Source of the DNA: Eledone cirrhosa
Taxonomy: Eukaryota
Reading direction: 5' to 3'
DNA: 64,000 bases
Assembly (NCBI GenBank): GCA_964016885.1
Contig: OZ024760.1
Coordinates: 2,170,001 to 2,234,000 of the forward strand
The notes beneath the pieces were generated by a model. The model saw only the letters and a program-made list of their open reading frames with translations. It did no database searches and was not told the DNA's origin. Numbering within the stretch: position 1 is the first letter of the stretch; each line of letters begins with the position of its first letter. Below are positions 29,232 through 39,739 of the stretch, one piece after another. The position numbers were made by a program, and so were the translations under genes.

Positions 29232-29712
29232 TCTATATATATAAAACTGAGGATGTCTGTCTGTGTGTGTGAGTTTGAATTCCTAAAACTCGAGAAGCAC
29301 CCAACCCACATGTAATACTTATGTTTCAGGGAGTGTTCTGAGCGAAAGAAATTTCAAATTTTCAATGCCGTAGGGACCGCATTAGGCGATTTAGCGATCT
29401 CTCTCTATAATTCTTAGTCTTTCTCTTTTTAGATAGATACATACATATAACGTCACGCCCTTATAATATCTGTCTGTATGTCTGGTTGTCTGCATTACGT
29501 CACTTCCCACAATTCCCTCTGCGTCCAGAACGCACCCTTATAATATCTGTCTGTATGTCTGGCTGTCTGCTGCCTCCGGTTATTCTGCCACCCTTGCTCA
29601 AGGCAAATCTCACACTCATTCCCCAAACAGGTGGTAAGTGCACACAACTGCTTCCCCACGGTTATATATTTCACAATACCTTATCCCATGCAACGCCGGG
29701 TACCATTGCTAG
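29232..29712 (+). mobile_element. Non-autonomous Helitron-like element
   Basis: 5' end a|TCTATATATATAAAA and 3' end GCAACGCCGGGTACCATTGCTAG|t; inserted between A and T with no TSD. Confidence 0.75.
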
Positions 29713-29816
29713 TAATATTAGAAAATTAAATGAAATTGCTTAGAACTACAAGTGAGGTAATTCTTTTCCTTTTTTTAAATATACCTAACTGTAGCAAGGA
29801 TTTCACACATTTTCCA

Positions 29817-29866
<50 letters not shown>

Positions 29867-30364
29867 TTATATACATACATACATACACATATATACACAA
29901 TATATATATATATACATACACATATATACACAATATATATATATATTTACATACACATATATACACTATATATATATAGTAATAACACACACACATATAT
30001 ATATATAGTAATAATAATAAATTTGAAGACTAAAATCCAAAGAGGGCTCGATAAGGATAAATATATATCAAGTATATAAGAACCGTAGAGCAAATATTTA
30101 TTAAAATAACAGATTAAAGTTTAAGCAAAGAATCGCTGCTTTCACCCTTAACGGGATCTTCTGTTATTTTAATAAATATATGTGTGTGTGTGTATACACA
30201 CACATATATAATGACTTTAAAACAGAGTAGGTTTACCTCCTTAAACATTAATTAATCAAAATTCTACAATTTAAACAATCAATGACTCTATTTCACTTTA
30301 TTGTCTCTTTCATTATTTTTACATCTAATTAAACAGAAAGAGTATCATAGTAATGTTTCAAATT

Positions 30365-30658
30365 GAGAGAGGAGGGGGAGGAGAGAGAAAGAAAGGAAGA
30401 AAGTAAAAAGAGAAAGAAATAAAGAAGGAGAAAGATAACAAAGAAAGAAAGAGAAAAGAAGAGAAAGGAAGAAAAGTAAAAATAAATAAATAAAGAAAGA
30501 AGGAAAAATAAATAAATAAATGAAGAAAGAAAGAACAATGAATGAATAAATAAAGAAAAATAAATAAATAAATAAATAAAAATAAATTAATAAAGAAAAA
30601 TAAAGAAATAAAGAAAGAAAAATAAATAAATAAATAAATAAATAAAGAAAGAAAGAAA

Positions 30659-30734
<76 letters not shown>

Positions 30735-31090
30735 AAAATAAATAAATAAAGAAAGAAACAAAAATAAATAAATAAAGAAAGAAAGAAGGAAAATGTATAA
30801 AGAAAGAAAAATAAATAAAGAAAGAAAGAAAAAGAAAGAAAGAGAGAAATAAGAAGAGAAAGAAAATGAATGAAAGAAAAAAATGAGAGAGAGAAGAGAA
30901 AGGAAGAAAGTAAAAAAAGAATAAAGAAATAAAGAAAGAAAGAAAGCAAGAAAGAAAAAGAAAGAGGGAAATAAAGAAGAGAACGAAAATGAATGAAAGA
31001 AAGAAAACAAGAGAGAGAGATACAGTGAGACAGAGAGAGAGAGATAGAAAAAATAAAGAGGGAGTGTCTGATAAAGAGAGAGATAGAGGA
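30365..31090. repeat. Purine-rich (GAAA/TAAA)n low-complexity tract
   Basis: Directly visible. Confidence 0.95.
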
Positions 31091-31234
31091 AGAATCGACC
31101 CCAATACTAGATTGATACTTTATTTATCAACCTCAAAAGGTTGAAAGGCGAAGTTGACTATGGCGGGATTTGAACTGAAAGCCTAGAGAGCCAAAACAAA
31201 TACTGAGCTCTTTTTAATCTAAAGTACAAAGACA

Positions 31235-31500
31235 GAAACCCCCCTGGTATGGCCATATATCTCACCACGACTCCCTGTCCAAAACCATTCTCCAAAACAC
31301 TGTTGAAGTAGGGTGAAGAAAAGGCAGAAATTTTTAGTCAAATACCGTCAAAGACTGAACAGGTCAAAACAGTATGATCTTCAAGAGTTTGACAGAGGAC
31401 AGGAATCAGTGGAAACTAGTGACTTTCAGACCAGAGCTGGTTTGACAACTTTAAGTACTGGACAGATCTCCATACTGTGATCTTTCTGAATATGATGTAG
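31235..31500 (+). mobile_element. Decayed RTE LINE 3' end
   Basis: Translation WYGHISHHDSLSKTILQNTVE matches the RTE C-terminal motif. Confidence 0.7.
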
Positions 31501-31970
31501 GGCAGAGATCAGTGTTTGACAGCTGACTGTCAGAGCTGGTCTGATAACATTAAGGACTAGACAGGTAAGTTCTCAACACTGTGACCTCTCTGAATATGAC
31601 AGAGGGTAGAGACCAGTGTTGACAGCTGACTGTCAGAGCTGGTCTGATAACATTAAGGACTAGACAGGTAAGTTCTCAACACTGTGACCTCTCTGAATAT
31701 GACAGAGGGTAGAGACCAGTGTTGACAGCTGACTGTCAGAGCTGGTCTGATAACATTAAGGACTAGACAGGTAAGTTCTCAACACTGTGACCTCTCTGAA
31801 TATGACAGAGGGTAGAGACCAGTGTTGACAGCTGACTGTCAGAGCTGGTCTGATAACATTAAGGACTAGACAGGTAAGTTCTCAACACTGTGACCTTTCA
31901 GCATATGATGGATGACAGAGATCAGTGGCAACTAGTAATTGTCAAACTAGTGCTGGTCTGACAACATTAA
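31500..31970. repeat. 103-bp minisatellite, about 4 units
   Basis: gacagctgac recurs at 31518, 31621, 31724 and 31827. Confidence 0.95.
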
Positions 31971-32217
31971 CCCTTTAGCATTCACATTACTCAATATATA
32001 CTATTGTATTTTCATGACCCCCTTCGGTCATGGAAAAACAGCAGAAAGTGAGTGTGTGGGTTAGGGCATGAGAAAGAGGGAAAGAAAGAAAGGCAAAGAG
32101 TAAGAGAGAGGGAGGGGAGACATAGATAGATAGATAGATACAGAGAGTGAGAGGCAAGAGGTAAGAAAGATGTAGATAGATAGACATATAGAGAGATAGA
32201 GGAAGGCTCTAGAACAG

Positions 32218-32300
32218 TCCAGGGCGTCCACAAAGTCACTAGACAATTTTATATATATATTAGTATAAAATTGTCTAGTGACTTTTGGGACACCTTGTAT
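32218..32300. mobile_element. Tiny Tc1-type MITE remnant (hairpin)
   Basis: aaagtcactagacaattttata pairs with tataaaattgtctagtgacttt; the termini resemble CAGGGTGTCCCAAAA. Confidence 0.65.
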
Positions 32301-32337
32301 ATATTAAATCAATGCGATATAAAGAAGAGCTTGTTAC

Positions 32338-32453
32338 CTTTATAGAGTCGCCATTGCCAATGACAGCCAGGTCACACTTCACGTAACCTTTAATTCCAGC
32401 GTTAATATCATCAGGATCTGTCAACATTGCCCACTTGTGGTAAAACTGGTGAT
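32338..32453 (-). CDS. OTOF: Otoferlin-like exon: [39 protein letters not shown]
   Basis: Flanked by tttccAG and GTaaca; 116 nt, phase 1 to 0. Matches otoferlin 'HQFHHKWAILSDPDD..KGYVKCDVAVVGKGD'. Confidence 0.93.
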
Positions 32454-34258
32454 CTGGAAATATAGGATAAGGTAAGTGGCTGATGAGGGTAAAATAAGGG
32501 TGGAAGAAGACGGGGTCAAAAGATATATAACGAAAGGTGATGAGTAAGAGGTTACAGACAGTAAAACCAGTGATCTGGAAATATAGGATAAGGTAAGTGG
32601 CTGATGAGAGTAAAATTAGGGTGGAAGAGGTTGGGGTCAACAGATATATAATGAAAGGTGATGAGTAAGAGGTTACAGACACTAAAACCAGTGATCTGGA
32701 AATATAGGATAAGGTAAGTGGCTGATGAGGGTAAAATAAGGGTGGAAGAAGACGGGGTCAAAAGATATATAACGAAAGGTGATGAGTAAGAGGTTACAGA
32801 CAGTAAAACCAGTGATCTGGAAATATAGGATAAGGTAAGTGGCTGATGAGGGTAAAATAAGGGTGGAAGAAGACGGGGTCAAAAGATATATAACGAAAGG
32901 TGATGAGTAAGAGGTTACAGACAGTAAAACCAGTGATCTGGAAATATAGGATAAGGTAAGTGGCTGATGAGGGTAAAATAAGGGTGGAAGAAGACGGGGT
33001 CAAAAGATATATAGCTAAGGGTGATTAGTAAGAGATTAGTGATCTGACAATATAGGATAAGGTAAGTGGCTGATGAGAGTAAAATAAGGGTGGAAGAAGA
33101 CGGGGTCAAAAGATATATAACGAAAGGTGATGAGTAAGAGGTTACAGACAGTAAAACCAGTGATCTGGAAATATAGGATAAGATAAGTGGCTGATGAGGG
33201 TAAAATAAGGGTGGAAGAAGACGGGGTCAAAAGATATATAACGAAAGGTGATGAGTAAGAGGTTACAGACAGTAAAACCAGTGATCTGGAAATATAGGAT
33301 AAGGCAAGTGGCTGATGAGGGTAAAATAAGGGTGGAAGAAGACGGGGTCAACAGATATATAACGAAAGGTGATGAGTAAGAGGTTACAGACAGCAAAACC
33401 AGTGATCTGGAAATATAGGATAAGATAAGTGGCTGATGAGGGTAAAATAAGGGTGGAAGAAGACGGGGTCAAAAGATATATAACGAAAGGTGATGAGTAA
33501 GAGGTTACAGACAGTAAAACCAGTGATCTGGAAATATAGGATAAGATAAGTGGCTGATGAGGGTAAAATAAGGGTGGAAGAAGACGGGGTCAACAGATAT
33601 ATAACGAAAGGTGATGAGTAAGAGGTTACAGACAGTAAAACCAGTGATCTGGAAATATAGGATAAGGTAAGTGGCTGATGAGGGTAAAATAAGGGTGGAA
33701 GAAGACGGGGTCAACAGATATATAACGAAAGGTGATGAGTAAGAGGTTACAGACAGTAAAACCAGTGATCTGGAAATATAGGATAAGGTAAGTGGCTGAT
33801 GAGGGTAAAATAAGGGTGGAAGAAGACGGGGTCAACAGATATATAACGAAAGGTGATGAGTAAGAGGTTACAGACAGTAAAACCAGTGATCTGGAAATAT
33901 AGGATAAGGTAAGTGGCTGATGAGGGTAAAATAAGGGTGGAAGAAGACGGGGTCAACAGATATATAACGAAAGGTGATGAGTAAGAGGTTACAGACAGTA
34001 AAACCAGTGATCTGGAAATATAGGATAAGGTAAGTGGCTGATGAGGGTAAAATAAGGGTGGAAGAAGACGGGGTCAACAGATATATAACGAAAGGTGATG
34101 AGTAAGAGGTTACAGACAGTAAAACCAGTGATCTGGAAATATAGGATAAGGTAAGTGGCTGATGAGGGTAAAATAAGGGTGGAAGAAGACGGGGTCAAAA
34201 GATATATAGCTAAGGGTGATGAGTAAGAGATTAGTGATCTGACAATATAGGATAAGGT
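32441..34258. repeat. 121-bp minisatellite, about 15 units, overlapping an exon acceptor
   Basis: Period of 121 bp, with one shorter unit near 33000-33050. Confidence 0.97.
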
Positions 34259-34664
34259 GTGTGTGTATGTACATATATGTATATATGGTCCTATAACTCC
34301 TGATAGGGGTGTCATAGGGGTGCTGTATTGACATACAGCGTTTCTTGGGCATTTTAAACCTGGCGGAGCTCATCCCTCTCCGGGTCTGAGTACAGCAGAT
34401 CTCTTTCAGAGAAAGACAGAAAGTGAGAGAGAGGAGATGAGAAAGAGATTTAGAGGAAGAATCAACCCCAGTATTAGACTGGTACTTTTTTTATCAATCT
34501 CAAAAGGATGAGAGGCTAAGTTGACCTCGGCGGGATTTGAACTCAGAGAGCAGAGAGTCAGAATAAATACCATAAAGCATTCTATCTGATGTTCTAACAA
34601 TTCTGCCATATATATACATATATATATATACATATATACATATATATATATATGTATATATATA

Positions 34665-35008
34665 CATGGCTTAGTGGTTAGAGCATTGGCCTTGCAATCG
34701 AAAGGTTGTGAGTTCAATTCTCAGACTGGGCGATGTGTTGTTTCCTTGAGCAAGACACTTTATTTCACATTGCTCCAGTTTACTCAGCTGTAGAAATGAG
34801 ATGATAGGGACTGGGGTCCATATCATTCCACTGTAAAGTGGTCATGGAGGTGCCACGGCAAAAAAAGCACCCAGCACTCACTGTAAATGAGGTTGGTGTT
34901 AGGAAGGGCATCCAGCTGTAGAAATCAAGCCAGAATCAGTTCCCGTCCCACCCTTGCAAGCAGGGAAAAGTAGATGTAAAATGAAATGATGATGATGATG
35001 ATGATGAT
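34665..35008 (+). mobile_element. SINE family 1 (tRNA-like head, core, RTE-derived tail, (GAT)n)
   Basis: A box TGGCTTAGTGG, B box GTTCAATTC and core ccttgagcaagacacttt; near-identical copies elsewhere in the window. Confidence 0.9.
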
Positions 35009-35065
35009 ATATATATATATTATGTATATATATATGTATATATATATACATATATATATATATAC

Positions 35066-35105
<40 letters not shown>

Positions 35106-35334
35106 CATTCATTTAATTTATTAATTTATTAATTTATTATTTGTGTGACCCGAATTTTCCTGGTCGTTTTTTCGGCTGTGCAAATGATTTTAAGCATTGT
35201 CTCTATGTGTTGGTATTTAAACGATAGTTATAGCTCTGGTTTATCCAAACTATTGAGCCCTTTGCCATACATTTCGAAGACTGTGTTTCGTTATTTCGTG
35301 GGCCGAGATTCCGATTCTCGATTATTTATTTGTA

Positions 35335-35398
<64 letters not shown>

Positions 35399-35416
35399 TA
35401 TATGTATATACTTGTT

Positions 35417-35493
<77 letters not shown>

Positions 35494-35499
35494 GTATAT

Positions 35500-35560
<61 letters not shown>

Positions 35561-36365
35561 CATCATCATCATCGCTTAACATCCATTTTCCATGCTATCA
35601 TGGTTTAGATGGGTTGTCCCATTTGAGGCAAGTTAGGTCTTCCTCATAACAGAGCTGTTTCTAGCTTGGTTTCTACTGCTGGATGCTTTTTCTAATGCCA
35701 ATCACATTTACAGTGTTCTGGGTGTTTTTAATTTGATACCTACATGACCACTTTACAGTGTGGGCAGGCAGCTTTTTGTCATGACACCTACACAAACACC
35801 TTTTAGTTACTCTCTCTTTCTCTCCCTATATATATATATATATATATACATACACACCTACATATATATAAATATATATATATATACATATATATATATA
35901 TGTACATCTACATATATATAAATACACACATATATATTTATATATATATAAAAAATATTAAATGTTATTTTCCATATCTCTTACTAATTATTACTAGCCA
36001 TAAAATATAAGACGAAGAATTCTGTAGAAAATTAATTTGTAGAAAAAAAAGAGAAATAAATATCAAAAATGCTTTTAATAAAAAGAAAAAAAAAAGAAAA
36101 TGAACTAAAATAACATTTTTAGTAGAATAATATATATTAAATACTATTTCGCATGTGTCTCTGAAACTTATTATTATAACAGGTAATAGTAAGATAGAAC
36201 TTCATTCTCCAGAGAACTCTAATTTGTAAATGTGTGTGTGTGTATATATATATAATCTGAGTTTTTCGAATATTAATAATAACATTCGATTCGTTTGCAA
36301 TTATGCAAACAAGCCCCATTTTTAAAGCCATGTCAGTAGAATGAACCCTTCATTCTTGCTCTTGT

Positions 36366-36447
36366 GTTGGCATGTCAACAGAACTGTAGACACTAATGTT
36401 TCTGGGTATCATCCTTCATCAGTACAGCTCACTGTTCACCTGCCAAC
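36366..36447 (-). ncRNA. Extended type I hammerhead ribozyme motif, sense to the otoferlin intron
   Basis: gagctgta-CTGATGA-aggatgataccca-GAAACA-ttag-TGTC-tacagttc; stem I extends through gttggca/tgccaac; stem II is weak. Confidence 0.7.
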
Positions 36448-36519
36448 TGTCAGAGCTAGTGAAAATATATGGTATTTTCTAAAATATACAGTGACTGATC
36501 AGCCTGATTTGCATATTAG

Positions 36520-39107
36520 CATCATCATCATCACCGTTTTACGTCCGTTCTTCCACGCTAGCATGGGTTAGACGGGTTGTCCTGTTGTGTGCAGTGTCTG
36601 GTCGGCTGACCATGCCTTGCTCATACAGGAACTGATCTGGCTTGATTTCTACAGCTGGATGCCCTTCCTAACACCAACCTCATTTACAGTGAGTGCTGGG
36701 TGCTTTTTCGTGGCGCCTACACGTCCACTTTACAGTGTGGGCTGGGTGCTTTTTTTGCCGTGGCACCTCCACGACCACCTTGCGGTGGGGTGTGTGGGGG
36801 CATATTGTTTATATGCTTCAGCATGTACCCATGGGAGGTCGGGTACTCTGTATTACTGCATGACGCCAGAAGTCACGGTCGTGTGTCATTGTCTTTGAGA
36901 GGCGTAATTGGGTAAGGTCGGCTTTTATCACCTCATCCCAGGTCATCTTGGGTCTCCCCACTCCGCGGTTTCCATCAACTTCTAGTGCTCTGCACCTTTT
37001 TATGCAGCTGTCATCCTTCATACGCATCACATGTCCATACCAGCGCAACCGCCTCTCCTGCACACAGCATTTGATTCCTCTTATGCTCAGTCTCTCTCTC
37101 AATTCATTTATGCTTTGTCGTTCACGTATATTACTGTTACACATCCATCGGAGCATGCAGGCTTCGTTTCTCTCTAATCTACGTAAGTCTTCCACCTTCA
37201 GCGCCCAGGTCTCACTACCATGCAACATCGCTGTTCGGATACACGCATCATACAGTCTGCCTTTCATTCTGAGGGAGAAGCCCTTTGCAGCTAGCAGTGG
37301 TAGTAGTTCCCTAAACTTCTTCCATCCCGTTCTTACCCTAGTTATTGTACTTTCTGAACACCCACCTCCATTGCTAATTCGGTCACCTAGGTAGCAGAAG
37401 CTGTCTACTGTTTCTACAGGGCCCTCCCAGAGATTGGTGGTACTTGTTTCCTGTGGCTGTTTGCTGCTTGCTGTTTCAGCACAGCTGCTACATGTGAATC
37501 CTACATTTTTAATTAAGCTTCCTGAGATCCCGCTACATCTCTTGTGTACCCATTGTTTGCATTTGGGGCAGAGAATGGAGTTCCTACCTACACCTTTCCT
37601 ACATACTGAGCAAGGCCATTTCCCTGAGGGGATCTGGGTTCTGTTTTCTCGTCTACTTACAAGGACCTTAGTCTTTGTCATGTTGACTTTGAGACCCTTT
37701 CTCTCTAGTCCCTGCTTCCAGGTTTGGAATTTATTCTCTAGTTCTATCATAGATTCAGCTATGAGTGCGAGGTCATCAGCATACAGGAGTTCCCATGGGC
37801 ATCCGGTCTTAAATTCCTCCGTTATTGCCTGCAGGACTATGATGAACAGGAGAGGGCTAAGAACAGAGCCCTGGTGGACCCCAACCTGTACGCTAAATTC
37901 CTCGCTATACTCATTGCTAATCCTAACTTTGCTGACTGCTCCCCTATACATGGCTTGTACCGCTTTCACAAGCCATTCATCTACTCCTAGTTTTCTAAGA
38001 GCCCACCAGATTACAGCACGTGGAACTCTGTCAAAGGCTTTCTCAAGGTCGACAAATGCCAAGTAGAGTGGCTTACTTTTAGCTAGGTACTTTTCCTGTA
38101 ATTGCCTCACAAGGAAGAGGGCATCAGTGGTGCCTCTTCCTGGTACAAACCCAAATTGCATCTCGTCTATATTCACCCGGTCCCTAATCAGCTGTGCTAT
38201 AACTCTTTCTGTTACTTTCATGACCTGGTCCATCAACTTTATAACTCTATAGTTTCCTCTATCTAGTGCGTCGCCTTTGCCTTTGTAGCAGTTGACAATG
38301 ATGCTACTGCACCAATCTTTTGGTATGGCCCCTTCTAGTATTACCTGGTTAACGATACGTGTGGTTATAGTGTGACCTACAGACCCAGCTGCCTTCAGCA
38401 TCTCGGCAGCTATACCCGATGGACCGGTTGCCTTCCCCATCTTCATATCTCTGATTGCCTTACTTACTACGCTGCCGCTGACTTGTACTGCTGGTCCCTC
38501 TATAGGGTCTACTTGGGGTAGGGTCTCTTCTTCCCATGCATTCTCCTCATTTAGTAATCTATCATAATGACTCTTCCATGCATCTTTCTTCTCAGCACTT
38601 GTGAGGGCAAGCTCACCTTTATCATTCCGGATACACTTCTCTCCAATGACATCACAACTATCTCTGACACACTGCCTCGCAATCTTGAATACCTCCTGTT
38701 TATGGTCCTCACGTTGTAAAACATGCTTGAATTTTCTATCCTCTGCTTCCCTCCTAGCTAAGTATACTTGTCGCCTAGCTTCCCTCTTGGTCTCTATGTA
38801 ATGTACCCTGCTCCCCCCGTTCTTCCATTCTTTCCATGCCTGTCTCTTGGCCTTGACCGCTTCATCTACCTTATTGTTCCACCACCAAGTCACTCTCCTC
38901 CTGCTTGAGGTCTTACTCCAGCCACAGACCTCGTCCGTCGCCTCTAGTAAATTATTCTTTAGGAACTCCCAGTTCTCTTCTACATTAAATGTCTCTATCT
39001 GTTCTTCTTTACTGTCATAGGCGTTGAGTAAAATATCTTTAAATCTGTTACTGGTTGAGGGGACTTTCAGCTTCCAGATCTTTCTTCTCCAGGTTGGCCT
39101 CCTAGCA
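36520..39107 (-). mobile_element. 5'-truncated RTE-clade LINE with an uninterrupted reverse transcriptase ORF and a 3' UTR ending in (GAT)n
   Basis: ORF 36818-39151 has QFGF, AFVDLEKAFD, GVHQGSVLSP, YADD, a Cys-rich insert and RLRWYGHV. The apparent N-terminus is (TA)n, and there is no endonuclease domain. Confidence 0.95.
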
Positions 39108-39154
<47 letters not shown>

Positions 39155-39633
39155 TATATAGTATTAAGGATACTATTTATGGTTATGTATATACTAAAAC
39201 CTTTTATAGTTATATATATTTTAAACCCTAAACAGTGAAAGACATTAATTTATTACTACCTTATAAATACAACCAATACAACCCCCATAATACTCTTGAT
39301 TACCCGCTTAAAGTGCTTGTATTCCATATAACACCTTGCCGCACTATAATCTTATATAAATAAGACACACGTGTATGCCCCACATGTAACTATTGCATAC
39401 ACTAACTACTTCTAACTATCCTCTTGCATTATCTTCGTAAACTGCCGATGTTGTATTTTAACTTTAATTTTCTTTTAATTTTCTTTTAATATGATTTTAA
39501 TCTTTGAATGTAAATTGCCATGCAAAAATATTATAATGGATGTCACCCCACTGTGCATCGATATATACATATGTTTCTGTATGTCTCTTGTGTTGGAAAG
39601 GAGGTCATGTATGTAAACAATCATTGAAAAATT

Positions 39634-39678
39634 GCTCCGAAGACTCCAAACCTCGGTTTGGATGAAACAATTGTAAGC
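39634..39678 (+). ncRNA. Variant-core hammerhead motif (CCGAAGA)
   Basis: gct-CCGAAGA-c tccaaacc tc ggtttgga t-GAAA-CAATTG-TA-agc, followed by AATAAA. Confidence 0.65.
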
Positions 39679-39739
39679 TAATAAATGATTTGAACAGAAC
39701 TTTGATTCATGTAATTTCTATATATATATATATATATCT

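Noticed and set aside
32470-32560. CTGATGAG...CGAAA in each 121-bp unit as a satellite hammerhead
   Set aside because: No convincing stem II, stem III or stem I pairing could be drawn.
34665-34735. tRNA genes
   Set aside because: The A/B-box sequences are SINE heads continuing into SINE bodies, with no complete cloverleaf.
36948-38801. Plus-strand ORFs of 148, 210 and 66 aa
   Set aside because: They are antisense shadows of the LINE RT ORF.
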